DNA of 64,000 nt from Eledone cirrhosa (lineage: Eukaryota), in assembly GCA_964016885.1 (NCBI GenBank), contig OZ024740.1:203174001-203238000 (forward strand), given 5' to 3'. Numbering within the stretch: position 1 is the stretch's first letter; the number at the start of each line of letters is the position of its first letter. Both the position numbers and the translations under genes were made by a program. Under the pieces are notes generated by a model. The model had not been told where the DNA came from, ran no database searches, and saw only the letters and a list, made by a program, of their open reading frames with translations. Positions 12,718-28,896 of this stretch are shown one piece after another.

Positions 12718-13252
12718 TGAGTATTGAAGTTTGCTTGAAGCATTGTGGATTAATAAGATATATTTTCTTTTGGTCATTTTAGAAGCCTCAACAATGCAGA
12801 GGGGTAATTCTCCGGGTAACAAGATCCGGGGTGGTGAAGAGAGAGATGTAAGCGAATGTAGAATGAGAGGTATAGTGTGTAGAAGAACGTAGGAAAGAGC
12901 GTAAAAATAAAAATAATAACACGAGATAGAGTTACCTTGGGAGAGATTTAATTGTCCCTATATTTCGGATTCACATCCATCAACTTGGGGGTTTTCCGAG
13001 GGAGGGGGTATCTGTCGGAGAGGGGCGATACGTGTCCTCTGCTGTTCGTTGTTTTGAATATGAAATCTCTCCCAAGGTAACTCTATCTCGTGTTATTATT
13101 TTTATTTTTACGCTCTTTCCTACGTTCTTCTACACACTATATATATCATTCTACATTCACTTACATCTCTCTCTTCACCATCGGATCTTGTTACCCGGAG
13201 AATTACCCCTCTGCATTGTTGAGGCTTCCAAAACGACCAACAGAAAATATAT
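12715..13252. repeat. Inverted repeat (~190-bp arms, ~113-nt spacer) in (TA)n
   Basis: 12759-12949 pairs with 13063-13252. A highly degenerate hammerhead-like layout lies near 13187-13242. Confidence 0.85.
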
Positions 13253-13254
13253 AT

Positions 13255-13310
<56 letters not shown>

Positions 13311-13591
13311 CATACTTGGGGAGGGTCATATTTGTGTAATATAGCCAGAATTAATAACAGAACACACTCACTGTTTGGTTGGTTTTCGCTTCTCGCTGTC
13401 TTTTATATCGGTAATCTAACTTACTCGGTCCTCAATGTTGCCATTGACTGACCGACGGTCAAAAATAATACAGATACAATATAGACACAAACACATATAT
13501 ATAGTTTATCATAAATCTTTCGTTGCACATCTGCAACATCGTCAGTGGTGTTATATTTTCCTCCTGTTGTGTTGTATGTCTACGCCATTTT

Positions 13592-13744
<153 letters not shown>

Positions 13745-13916
13745 ACTGTTTATTTGTCTCTAATACTTAAACATCTGAATAAATGTATAAAATATACAGA
13801 TACAATATCACTCAGAGAAGCAATATTAAATGTTCAACTTATGCGAACATAAAAAAAAACCGCTCTAGGGGGGTATAAGAAAGACAAAGATATGTTATTC
13901 TCACTCTTATAAACCT

Positions 13917-14015
13917 CTCCCGACCATGGTTTCAAACACAGAAGAAACAATAGTAATCATTACTAATTATTGGAATAACCAATATTGGAAGAATCTGTGA
14001 TTCTCTTCAGGGAAA
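13917..14015 (-). ncRNA. Type I hammerhead with long stem II
   Basis: Minus strand TTTCC-CTGAAGA-GAATCACAGA...TCTGTGTTT-GAAAC-CATG-GTC-GGGAG. The tail 13752-13840 has an inverted copy at 8215-8300. Confidence 0.75.
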
Positions 14016-14081
14016 TATTCTTTGTAGGATAGATTGATCATAAAATATACAGACCGTTTCTTTGTCGAGACCGCGTGCTGT

Positions 14082-14116
<35 letters not shown>

Positions 14117-14341
14117 AATAAGGGCGCTGCGGAGTTGCAAATGGGTTACATATGAAAAAAGTTTGTCCTTCATCAGTGATCTTCCAACTATCATAGGCAT
14201 TTCATCGCTTTAAAGACCATATACCTCCGGTTGGTGCGAGCAACGGCTAAAAAAAGTCGTTGGGACACGTAAATAAAGGGGACGCGAGGGTAAACAAACA
14301 AAATAGTGAGGCAACAGATATATATATATATATATATATAT

Positions 14342-14945
<604 letters not shown>

Positions 14946-15215
14946 TATATATATATACACACACACAAAAAACAACCACGTACACATGTACATACATGCA
15001 CACATACATACACATATACATACACACACGAACACATATATACATATACATATGTACGTGTGGTTGTAAATATGTATGCACACATACACATGCATGCACA
15101 CACATATATATATACTCTTTTACTCTTTTACCTGCTCCAGCCATCCGGCTGAGGCCATCCTGGGGCACCGCCCTTATATATATATATATATATATACACA
15201 TTTATATATATGTGA

Positions 15216-15265
<50 letters not shown>

Positions 15266-15400
15266 GCACATGCAAACACACGCAAACACACATACACATA
15301 CACACGCATACACATATATACACTTATATATATGTATGTATTTGTGTACGTGTGTGTTTTTGTTTATTTGTGTGTGTTTTTGTGTGTGCGTGAATGTGTG

Positions 15401-15505
<105 letters not shown>

Positions 15506-15899
15506 CTGTGTGTGTGTGTGAATGTGTGTGAATGTGTGAATCTGTGTGTGTGTGTGAATGTGTGTGAATGTGTGTATGTGAGGTGCACCACTACGGAATT
15601 CTATAGATGGAGACCAGAAATAAATAAAAAAAACATGTGATCATTTTTTTCATATAATTTCAAAAATAATAAACATGTGATTATATTTTTTTCATATAAT
15701 TTCAAAAATAATATATTCTATATTTTACATTTTATATTGCCGTTATATTTATATTTGCGCAGCTATAAAGCCATGAATAGCTGTTATTACCGTGTGAGTC
15801 ACGAGAGACCCGAGACTCCAACTCGAAACCACTTCCTGTTGCCTGATAAAAATACACATATCAACCACAAAACCTTCCCCAATTTGATCCTTCGTTTCC

Positions 15900-16260
15900 C
15901 TTTTCTGCAGTGTGTGTCTGCGTGTGTTTGTATGTGTATTATGTATGTATATGTTTATGCATGCATACATCTATGTATGAATGTATGTATGAATTATGTA
16001 CGTACGTATGTATGCATATGTGCATGTATGTATGCATGCATGTATGAATATATTTATGTATGCATGTATGTTTGTATGTATGCATGCATGCATGTATGTA
16101 TGTATGCATACATGTATGTATGTATGTATGCATACATGTATGTATGTATGCATATATGAATGTATGTACGCACATATGTATGTATATATATATGTGTGTG
16201 TATGTGTATGCACGTATGTATGTACGTATGTATGTAAGTGTATAAATAGATATGTATAAA
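15900..16260. repeat. Degenerate (TATG)n/(TGCA)n low-complexity tract
   Basis: Direct reading. Confidence 0.85.
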
Positions 16261-16659
16261 GGTATTTTCAGGGATATTGGCTTCGATTTATGGTCGATAT
16301 TTAAAAACTATAAATTTGATCCCATCAATTGGTGATGTGTAGAGGTGTGGGGTGTAGGTGTGAGGGTGGGATGGACTTATCTATTTGGGGAGAACTATTT
16401 TGCGTGCAGCGCTCACATCTGTTTCATTCATTGGTGGTGGCGGCAGTGGTAGTGGTAGAGGCGGTGGTGGTGATGACGGCGGCGGTGGTGGAGTTGGTGG
16501 TGCTGATGGTGGTGGTGGTGATGGTGGTGTGTGTGTGTGTGTGTGTGTGTGATGGTGGTAGTGGTGGTTAAGCAGCATTTGTTGCGTGACAGTTTAGTGC
16601 ATTTATATTAAAACACTCACAGGCGATGAAACCCAAATTTAACATCTTCACCCCCCTCC

Positions 16660-19600
16660 TTATCACAATCACCACCATCATCATCATCATCATTACCACC
16701 ACCATTATCACCATCACTAACGTCATCGTTGTCGCCGCCGCCATCAAACCCTCCACCCCACCGCTATCATCAACACCATCATCATCACCACCGCAATCAT
16801 TATCAGCCCCCCCCCCCATCATCACTCCCACCATCAACATCATCGTCGCCACCTTCACCAACATCACCACCTCCACTACCACCACTACCAACATCACCAC
16901 TACTACCACCATCACCACCACTACCATCATCACCACCACTACCACCATCTCCACCACTACCACTACCACCATCACCACTACCATCATCACCACCACTACC
17001 ACCATCACCACTACCACCACTACCACCATCACCACCACCACCACCACTACCATCATCACCACCTCTACTATCACCACCACTACCACCATCACCACCACTA
17101 CCACCATCACCACCACTACCACCATCACCACCACTACCATCATCACCACCACTACCAACACTACCATCATCACCACCACTACCACCATCACCACCATCAC
17201 CACCATCACCACCACTACCACCATCACCACCACTACCATCATCACCACCACTACCAACACTACCATCATCACCACCACTACCACCATCACCACCACTACC
17301 ACCATCACCACCACCACCACTACCATCATCACCACCTCTACTATCACCACCACTACCACCATCACCACCCCTACCATCATCACCACCACTACCACCATCA
17401 CCACCACTACCATCATCACCACCACTACCACCATCACCACCACTACCATCATCACCACCACTACCACCATCACCACCACTACCACCATCACCACCACTAC
17501 CACCATCACCACCACTACCATCATCACCACCACTACCACCATCACCACCACTACCATCATCACCACCACTACCACCATCACCACCACTACCATCATCACC
17601 ACCACTACCAACACTACCACCATCACCACCACTACCATCATCACCACCACTACCAACACTACCACTACCACCATCACCACCACTACCATCATCACCACCA
17701 CTACCATCATCACCACCACTACCACCATCACCACCACTACCACCATCACCACCACTACCATCATCACCACCACTACCATCATCACCACCACTACCACCAT
17801 CACCACCACTACCACCATCACCACCACTACCACCATTACCACCACTACCACCATCACCACCACTACCACCATCACCACCACTACCACCATCACCACCACT
17901 ACCATCATCACCACCACTACCACCATCACCACCACTACCATCATCACCACCACTACCACCATCACCACCACTACCACCATCACCACCACTACCATCATCA
18001 CCACCACTACCATCATCACCACCACTACCATCATCACCACCACTACCACCATCACCACCACTACCATCAGCACCACCACTACCACCATCACCACCACTAC
18101 CACCATCACCACCACTACCACCATCACCACCACTACCATCATCACCACCACTACCACTACCACCACTACCACCATCACCACCACTACTACCATCACCACC
18201 ACTACCACCATCACCACTACTACCACCATCACCACCACTACCATCATCACCACCACTTCCACCATCACCACCATTACCACCGTCATGGCCACTACCATCA
18301 TCACCACCACTACCACCATCACCACCACTACCACCATCACCACCACTACCATCATCACCACCACTACCATCATCACCACCATTACCACCATCACCACCAC
18401 TACCATCATCACCACCACTACCACCATCACCACCACTACCACCACTACCACCACCACCACTACCACCATCACCACCACTACCATCATCACCACCACTACC
18501 ATCATCACCACCACTACCATCATCACCACCACTACCATCATCACCACCACTGCCACCATCACCACCACTACCACTACCACCACTACCACCATCACCACCA
18601 CTACCATCATCACCACCACTACCACCATCACCACCACTACCACCACCACCACCACCACCACTACCACCATCACCACTACTACCATCATCACCACCACTAC
18701 CACCACCACCACCACTACCACCATCACCACTACTACCACCATCACCACCACTACCACCATCACCACCACTACCATCATCACCACCACTACCACCACCACT
18801 ACCACCATCACCACTACTACCACCATCACCACCACTACCACCATCACCACCACTACCACCATCACCACCACTACCACCACTACCACCATTACCACCACTA
18901 CCACCAGCACAACCATTACCACTATCAACACCATTACCATCATCACCACCACTACCATCATCACCACCACTACCATCATCACCACCACTACCACCATCAC
19001 CACCACTACCACTACCACCACTACCACCATCACCACCACTACCATCATCACCACCACTACCACCATCACCACCACTACCACCACCACCACCACCACCACT
19101 ACCACCAGCACCACCACCACCACTACCACCATCACCACCACTACCACCACCACCACCACTACCACCATCACCACCACTACCACCATCACCACCACTACCA
19201 CCATCACCACCACTACCACCACCACCACCACTACCACCATCACCACCACTACCACCATCACCACCACTACCACCATCACCACCACTACCACCATCACCAC
19301 CACTACCACCATCACCACCACTACCACCATCACCACCACTACCACCATCACCACTACCGTCATCACCACCACTACCACCATCACCACTACCACCACTACC
19401 ACCATCACCACCACCACCACTACCATCATCACCACTACCACCATCACCACCACTACCACCATCACCACCACTACCATCACCACCACTACCACCATCACCA
19501 CCACTACCATCATCACCACCACTACCACCACCACCACTACCACCATCACCACCACTACCCCCATCACCACCACTACCACCACCACCACCACTACCACCAT

Positions 19601-20856
19601 CACCACCACTACCACCACTACCACCATCACCACCACTACCATCATCACCACCACTACCACCATCACCACCACTACCATCATCACCACCACTACCACCACC
19701 ACCACCACTACCATCATCACCACCACTACCACCATCACCACCACTACCATCATCACCACCACTACCACCATCACCACCACTACCACCATCACCACCACTA
19801 CCACCACCACCACCACTACCACCATCACCACCACTACCACCATCACCACCACTACCACCACCACCACCATCACCACCACTACCACCATCACCACCACTAC
19901 CACCATCACCACCACTACCACCACCACCACCACTACCACCACCACCACCACTACCACCATCACCACCACTACCACCATCACCACCACTACCACCACCACC
20001 ACTACCACCATCACCACCACTACCACCATCACCACTACCACCACTACCACCATCACCACCACCACCACTACCATCATCACCACTACCACCATCACCACCA
20101 CTACCACCATCACCACCACTACCATCACCACCACTACCACCATCACCACCACTACCATCATCACCACCACTACCACCACCACCACTACCACCATCACCAC
20201 CACTACCCCCATCACCACCACTACCACCACCACCACCACTACCACCATCACCACCACTACCACCACTACCACCATCACCACCACTACCATCATCACCACC
20301 ACTACCACCATCACCACCACTACCATCATCACCACCACTACCACCACCACCACCACTACCATCATCACCACCACTACCACCATCACCACCACTACCATCA
20401 TCACCACCACTACCACCATCACCACCACTACCACCATCACCACCACTACCACCACCACCACCACTACCACCATCACCACCACTACCACCATCACCACCAC
20501 TACCACCACCACCACCATCACCACCACTACCACCATCACCACCACTACCACCATCACCACCACTACCACCACCACCACCACTACCACCACCACCACCACT
20601 ACCACCATCACCACCACTACCACCATCACCACCACTACCACCACCACCACTACCACCATCACCACCACTACCACCATCACCACCACTACCACCATTACCA
20701 CCACTACCACCATCACCACCACTACCACCATCACCACCACTACCACCATCACCACCACTACCACCATCACCACTACTACCACCATCACCACCACTACCAC
20801 CATCACCACCACTGCCACCGTCACCACCACTACCATCATCACCACCACTACCACCA
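16660..20856. repeat. 4.2-kb ACC/ATC/ACT trinucleotide-derived minisatellite (main unit ACCACCATCACCACCACT)
   Basis: Uninterrupted triplet phase; 18-bp periodicity; internal 648-bp duplication. Confidence 0.95.
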
Positions 20857-20859
20857 GTC

Positions 20860-21028
20860 TAAATGTAATTCTCAGGGAGATTCAGCATGACATAGTGTGT
20901 GACAAGATCATTTCATTATTTTTTCCGATTAATTTAACAGGTACAACGTGAAATATATTGTCTTGCTCAAGGACAGAACACGCTGCCAGAGATCTAACTC
21001 ACTAACTACTAAGCCACGCTCCTTCACG
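20860..21028 (-). mobile_element. SINE fragment (similar to 44930-45258)
   Basis: TCTTGCTCAAGGACAGAACAC...CTAACTACTAAGCCAC shared with 45177-45240. Confidence 0.55.
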
Positions 21029-21356
21029 TTTGTCTACTAACTGCTTAGATAATATCAGTTAACCCCAGTTTTTGAATTCATTGTAGTATTACCTTGTGCG
21101 TACGGCGTCTGGCCCCTTGAGTGAAATCTCATCGACTTCAACTTCACTTGAAAATCTTTCGGAGACGATAATTGAAGTAGATTGGCGAAATTAAGGAGTT
21201 GGACGGAATGGTTTCTGGGACCTGTTTGTGTGTTTTGAGATCAAATCCCACCTCTTTCTGCCAATATTTCCATTGGATAGAGCTAGTATGGTAATTGTTT
21301 CCTTAATCCAATTGGTTGCGTAGCGAACTCCTTAATCATTCGGCTTTGCAAGCACT

Positions 21357-21435
<79 letters not shown>

Positions 21436-21580
21436 ATACACACATACACACACACACATATTTACTTTTGTTGATGAGAAGAAAAAAAGCATATATGTGT
21501 GTGTATGTATGTATATGCATACACACACATATTATATGCTTTCGTTGATGAGAAGAAAAAAGCCTATAATATGCGCGCGC

Positions 21581-21629
<49 letters not shown>

Positions 21630-21840
21630 TTAGTTAAGTGTGTAACAACAGTTACAGGTGGCGCGCCGTTCGAATCACCCGATGCTGTTACGAGGACCTC
21701 TCTGGTATTTGATCCATCCTTCGGTCTTTGTTTCTCAACCTTGGCTCGGATTAGACCATTTTGCTTCTGCTCTATAACCCAACTACATTCGCCTGACGAA
21801 AGTTAAATTTTTTAACTTTTCATTCCTTCCGATAGGCTAA

Positions 21841-24262
21841 GGTTAGCCTATCAGAAATTGAAAAAAATAAAAAACTTAAAACTTTCCTCAAAGACTATTA
21901 TAGTCTCACTATTACATTTGAAAACACCAGTAAAGTAGTCAATTTCCTAGATATAACTTTAGACTTATCTACGGGTATCTACCAACCTTAACATAAACCT
22001 AACCAAAATTTACACTACATACACTCACAATCCAATCACCCTAGATCTATCCTTAAAAACCTAGCATATAATATCTCACTCAGAATTTCTAACCTTTTAT
22101 CTAACCAGGATGTATTCGATAAAAATGCGCCCTTTTATAACGAAGCTTTAGCTAGAAGCGGCCACAAAAACAAATTAGTCTATATGCCTTGCACTAATAA
22201 TACTTCAAACATACAACCCAATATTACCAACAAACACCAAATGAAAAACGCACACCTAAATGCCACTCACACTCCACCCAAAAATACCAACTTAAAACTT
22301 AATTTCTCTACTTCTTCTCACATAAAATATAACTTTCAAAAAACCACTCATCCTAATACTCCAATATATGTTAATAACAAAATTCCTAATAATCAGACTA
22401 AAATACTTAAATCAGTTAATCTAACTAAACCTATATATAATAAATTCACTAATACTAACTCTCTTAGTAAACATCCTGATACATCGTATAAATATAAAAA
22501 AAAAAACATCGAAACCGTAATAGACGAGTTACTTGGTATAATGCTCCATTTAATCTACAAATTAAAGATAATATCCCTAAAAAAATTTGTTACTATCCTA
22601 GAGAAAAACTTCCCGTCACACCATAAATACCATCAAATTTTAAATAGATCAACTGTCAAATTTTCCTACCAAAAATATACAACAAAATATACAACAAAAT
22701 ATAAGTGCGTACAATGCATATAAATGTTAAAAAAACCCACGAATATACCACCAACACATCAAACCAACCATAATACTAAAATAAACCGCAACAAACCACC
22801 ATCTCCTTCACATATAACAAACCACCATCTCCTTCACATATAACAAGTCGAGTAAATTCCACACCAAATTTGACTAACTCCCCTGATATAATATTCACGA
22901 ATGGTTGTAACTGTAGAAACAAAAGAAATTGCCCATTAAAGGGAAATTGTCTTATTAATAACATAGTATATAGATGTAAAATTAGCACTAAGGACTCAAC
23001 TTATTCATATATAGGAGCTACGTCTAACCAATTTAAAGTAACTTTTAAACATAGTTTTTTTAAACTATGTTTAAAACATAGTTTTAAAAATGCCGCATTA
23101 GCTAATACAACATCCTTGGCTGAAACAATTAATAATTATAGAAAAAAGAATATCGATTATAACCTGACCTGGAGTGTGCTCAAAAGGGCCACCCCTTATC
23201 AAAATAACAGATATAAGTGTAGATTATGCTCCCAGGAACTTTTTAAAATAATGAAATCTAAGGATATCCTATTAAATAAGCGACAAGAATTAATTATATC
23301 TTGCAATCATAGAATTAGAAGAACTTTTAAATATTATAAACCTAATTAATATACACCTTACACTTATATTTTACATATTATTATAATTAGTTTTTTTAAT
23401 TTAGTTAACCTATAATTAGTACTTTACTACAGAGAACTTCATAATTTTATTTTCCTTTTACAGCTCTCTTTTCCTAAAATTAATACCTATAAGTATACAT
23501 ATAAATTATTTTAATTTCCTGTTATGAATCTAGATTCCTTGTAGTCTATATAAGATTGGTTTTTCTCACTAATACATTTATCCCAAAATTTTATTTTCCT
23601 TCGTTTTTAACAACATTCTTTAATAACATCTAACTCTTATTTATCACATCCATATGAATTAATATAAATTTATCCCTATAAGTATACCTATCAATCAATT
23701 TAATTTCTTGTTATAGATCTAAATTCCATGTGTTTTAAATAAGATTGGTATTTCTCACTAACACCTTTCTCACTAACACCTTTACCCTAAAATGTTATTC
23801 TCCTTCGATTTTAACATTAGCATTAATAACATCAAATTTTCGTGTACCTTTCACCGGCTTGACCTCTTTTCGTCCCCAAAGTATTCTTTTCATTCAAAGT
23901 ATTCTTTCCATTCAAAACTTAAGTCTGCATTCCTCTACCCCTAAATTAAATTTCTACTTCTACTATTCTATCAACTTGACCACTTACTACTTTTCTATTG
24001 GTCAATTCAAAACCTGTTCCCAAACAGACCTATTATATTAAATCTTTGTTGTTTTTTATTCAATAAACAAATATTATTTCTGAAGACAGCATATATATGT
24101 GTAGGTATGTATATTTCCTCTGATAGTTTGTAAAACTTTTACATAGATCTATATGATATACATACCAACACACATATATATATCCTAGAAACGATCGTAA
24201 AATGATGAATTTTTTAATATAAGGAACTTGTTCTTTGTTTTTATTCATTGTTTTTATTAATT
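21841..24262 (+). mobile_element. 5'-truncated Penelope-like element (Neptune-type): RT C-terminus, Cys linker, GIY-YIG, 3' hammerhead
   Basis: VVNFLDITLDLSTG...YIHSQSNHP...YNEALARSGH; CNCRNKRNCPLKGNCL...IVY...YIGAT...CRLCSQE...LLNKRQE (22870-23349); ends at (TA)n. Confidence 0.9.
24073..24206 (+). ncRNA. Type I hammerhead with ~100-nt stem II at the Penelope 3' end
   Basis: ATTATTT-CTGAAGA-[ATATATATGTGTAGGTATGTATAT...ATATACATACCAACACACATATATAT]-GAAAC-GATC-GTA-AAATGAT. Confidence 0.8.
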
Positions 24263-24284
24263 ATATATATATATATATATATTA

Positions 24285-24460
<176 letters not shown>

Positions 24461-24570
24461 TGTGTGTCTGTGTGTGTGTAGAAGTTGTATTTAATTTGTT
24501 GGAATTCCGACAAACGTAAATGTTTATAACTGATTTAGAGCACTCAACAAGTTACTGGAGTAAATATTCC

Positions 24571-24929
24571 ATGATATTAAATAAATGGAAACTATATTTA
24601 TAAAACCATATTTATTTTATTATATATATTTCAAGGACAACCAAGCCAACCTTGGTGCGCTTTCATCAGATAAAATACAAAGTTTGTTTTATAAATAAAG
24701 ACGTACCCATGAAGATTCAGCCTTATCGGTCGGAAATTCACTGGAAATTCACTATCCAGTGAATTTCCGACCGATAAGGTTGAATCTTCATGGGTACGAG
24801 TTTATTTATAAAACAAACTTTGTATTTTATCTGATGAAAGCGCACCAAGGTTGGCTTGGTTGCCCTTGAAATATATATAATAAAATAAATATGGTTTTAT
24901 AAATATAGTTTCCATTTATTTAATATCAT
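24571..24929. repeat. Near-perfect fold-back (175-bp arms, 9-nt loop) with hammerheads at 24823-24887(+) and 24613-24677(-)
   Basis: TATTTTAT-CTGATGA-AAGCGCACCAAG-gttgg-CTTGGTTGCCCTT-GAAA-TATATATA-ATAAAATA; 8-bp stem I. Confidence 0.9.
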
Positions 24930-24930
24930 A

Positions 24931-25034
<104 letters not shown>

Positions 25035-25815
25035 TCGTTTAACGGATTTGGATATTTTTTGTAATTGTTTGTTTATTTGTAGTTTAGATGTGAAGTTGAA
25101 GTGGTCAAGTGGTCGAGTCTATGGTAAATGAAGGTGTGCGTGTGTCTTTGTAAGTCTGAGTTGTGGCTGTGATGCTTGCCATGGTCGATGGAGCCAGTAG
25201 TTGCAGTCACTTGTTTAGGTCGATACCATGTTGCCGCTGGGAAAGCGATTTTCCCCAATCACCTTGATATGACGTTTACAAATGAACAAAATAAAACAAA
25301 ACGCTAATTTTATGTTTCATTTTGTGGCATGATTTACGACAAAATCATGCGGTGAATAAGAAAAAAACGAGGAATGTTTGAAGGAAGGAATACAAAGAAT
25401 AATTTTGATAGTTTGGTAACGATGTGTGATGTTATGTACTTCTTAATTGCGTGAGAAATGAATTGAAATTGTAAATTTACGAACTTTCGTTAAAATTTTA
25501 GTATGACTGGCATTTGCTAGCACATTGGCAAAGGCCAGTGAGTGAGTATCTCAGTGAGAGTGAGTGTGTGTCTGCCTCTGGGTGCGAGTCTTTGAGTGTC
25601 TGTTAGCCCCAGATTTCGACTTTGTATAAAGTGTATCATGACCGGGCAATGCCAACAATGGCAAAATCTTATCCATTGTTCAATTTGCCAAGGTTATAGG
25701 TATGTAGAATAGGACATAACCTCGAAAAACAATGGAAAACTCATCCGATGTCGAAGTTCGTTACATATGTATATATGTGTATGTGTGTATATATATTAAA
25801 CACAGGCACGCACAC

Positions 25816-27940
25816 AACATCATCATGGCTTGGCTTCGCGAACGAAAATTATGAAGGGGTGGTCCACGTTGACTGCAGGCACAGTCGTGGCTATTCAGGC
25901 CAATACGGGACAAGCAGGCTTGACCGCAGGGGCTGCAGCTGAAGGTCTGGTCAGGTTTTGATGATTTGGTTCTGCCTCCTGTACCTTTTGTCCTCGTGAG
26001 TGGGCCTGGGGGTGTTTTCAAAGGCGGAGACAGCATGGTTGATGTTGAGACGCCAGGCGTCACGATTCTCAGCTAGGGTGGACGGCCGGCGATGGTCAAT
26101 GTGACAGGCACCAAGGGATTTTTTCAAACAATCCTTGTATCGCTTCCTTGGCTAACCCACCCCCCCCCCCCCCCGTCATGATGGCCAGTGGAGAGTTCGC
26201 CGTACAGCGTGATCTTGGGCAGGCAATGATCCTTCATCCTGGATATGTGCCTTGCCCAGCGAGGTTGGGACTGCAGCTGCATGGCCTCGATGCTGGTGAC
26301 CTCCGCCCGTTCGAGAACATTTGTGACAAAGTCTCTCCAGTGGATGTTGAGGATGGTGCGGAGGCAGCACTGGTGGAAGCTCTCGAGGAGTTTGAAGGTG
26401 GTGGTGATAGGTAACCCACGACTCTGAGACATATAGGAGGGTGGTAAGGAGTATGGCTCTGTACACTCTGATCTTGGTACCATTCTTCAGGTGTTTATTG
26501 TTCTAGACGCGTTTGATAGATCTGCCAAATGTATTGCTCATCTTTGCCAGTCTGTTGCTTTCTCTGTCGGTCTTAGCATCTGATGTGATGGTGCACCCCA
26601 GGTAGGTGAACTGATAGACTGATTTCAGTTCAGTCTCGTAAATCGTGATATGGGTGGTGGTACTCTTCCGGATGTGCAGGCTGGTGGATTGCCTCCATCT
26701 TCTTTAAGCTTACTTCCAGCCAAAAGGTCTGGGCAGACATACCGAAGCAAGAAGTGATGCACTGCAAGGCTCTTTCTGTGTGGGAAAAAAGAGCAGCATC
26801 GTTGGCAAAGAGGAGGCCTCGGATCAGTTGCTCCAGGGTCTTCGTGTGTAGTCGACGAAGATTAAACAAGTTACCATCAAGACGGTCTCTGATATAGACT
26901 CTCTCTTCGTCATCAAAATCGTCTGTGGCCTGCTTGATAGTCGGAGCCAAGACACAACCCTGCTTCACTCGGTTGATGATCGGGAGGGGCGCTGAGAAGT
27001 AACTGCTGAGTCTGACTAGGCTACGCTGGTCTTCATGTAGTTGGATGACCATGTTCAGAAACTTTGGGAGACAACCGAGTTGTTCCATGATCTGCCACAT
27101 TTCTTTTCTGCTCACTGTATCAAATGCTTTAGTCAAGTCAACGAACGCCATGTACATCCCTTCATTTTGCTCTCAGTACTTCTCTTGGAGCTGCCTAAGA
27201 ACAAACACCATGTATGCGGTGCTCCTATTGACACTGAAGCCACACAGGCTCTCTGGGAGGTGTCTTCTGCAATGGTAAGTAACAGCTTGTTTAGCAACAT
27301 CTTTGCGAAATTGTTTCCCCATGGCAGTGAAAAACGTAATCCCCCGGTAATTTGAGCAGTCTGACTTTTTCCATTTGTTCTTGTACAAGGTGATGACGTG
27401 GCAGATTGCCCTGTCTCCAGCAACATACGAAGAGCTCGTGGAGTTTCACGTGTAGTGCTGGTCCCCCATGCTTCCAGATCTCGGGCGGAATTCCATCGAC
27501 TCTTGCTGCTTTGCCACTCCTTACCTGCTCTGTAGTTTTGGTTGTATATTTAATGGTGGGCAACTCGTTCAGCTTCACTTTTACTGGTTGTTGGGGAATG
27601 AAGAGAATTGGTGATTTCTGGACAGTCTGATTAGCACTGAAGAGGGCCTGGAAATATTCTGACCAACGGCTTAAGATGGATGCTCTGCCAGTGAGGAGGG
27701 CCTGGTCATCTTCACTACACAAAGGACTCTGGACCTGATATGAAGGGTCACACACCGCCTTTTAAAGCTTCGTAGAAGCCTCTGGTGTCTCTGATATCTG
27801 CGCACAACTGAGTTCTCTCAGCGAGGTTGATCCACCACTTGTTCTGGACTTCTCGAAGGTTATGCTGGACATTACTGCATACGAGGCGGAATGTAGTTTT
27901 CTTCATAGAACAAGATGGATGAGCTAAGTGAACCTGGTAT
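25816..27940 (-). pseudogene. RTE-clade LINE, 5'-truncated RT with intact 3' end
   Basis: AFVDLTKAFDTVSR, KQGCVLAP, LLFANDAAL, C-terminal CSPCGQACLSRIGLNSH; (TGA)n tail. Confidence 0.9.
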
Positions 27941-28482
27941 ATATACAAGTAAAGTCAACAAGAAAAAATAACACGAGAGAGTGACACAATACATTAGTTT
28001 AATGCTTGAAGAACTTGGGAAGTACTTATAACGTTTCAGATGCTTGTCCTTTATTGGAAGATAGAACGAGAGGGGGTGTTTTTGACCCTTGGTTTGAACC
28101 TGGAACCAGACTATTCGGCAATATGTCCCTCGATGTTGTTGCTTTTATTATTGTTGTTCTTTTTGTAATTGGTGGTTATGGTGAAGGATGATTGTGGTGG
28201 TGGTGGTGGTTATATTGTAATTATGATATCAATGAAAGGAGAAAATGGACGTTAAAACGACCATCAGCCAACCATCAACGTGTATTGCCAGAAGAGATAG
28301 TGTGTGTGTGCGTGTGTGTGTGTGTCTGTGTGTGTGTGTGTCTGTGTCTGCGTGTGTCTATGTGTGTGTGTGCGTGCGTGTGTCTTTTGACATTTGCAGG
28401 CTTTTAATAAATATAACGACGATAAATTGCTGAGCTTATACTGGAATGTCATGGCCGTAGACTCATATATATAGAGAGAAAG

Positions 28483-28628
<146 letters not shown>

Positions 28629-28797
28629 AGAAAGAGGGCAGAAGGAGGAGAGAAATAAAGAGAGAGATGAGGGGGAGCAATGTATATTAATGAATCCTTA
28701 TAGAAATTGTTATATTTTGTCACAGAGAAGTTGTAGGTCTTCATCTACTGTAATGTCATCCCATAGAGATGGCATATACACATACATAGACGCACAC

Positions 28798-28896
<99 letters not shown>

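Noticed and set aside
14140-14250. Repeat (also ~33005-33078 and ~48650-48735) with GAAAT upstream of CTGATGA on the minus strand, as a type II hammerhead
   Set aside because: Stems II and III and an NUH site could not be formed convincingly; at most a partial motif.
16568-20951. Three ~1400-aa ORFs (poly-V, poly-T/I, poly-P) as genes
   Set aside because: They are stop-free readings of an ACC-type repeat, with no domains or convincing exon context.
21790-21825. CTGACGA plus AAGTTAAA/TTTAACTT hairpin as a hammerhead
   Set aside because: No GAAA or stem III follows.
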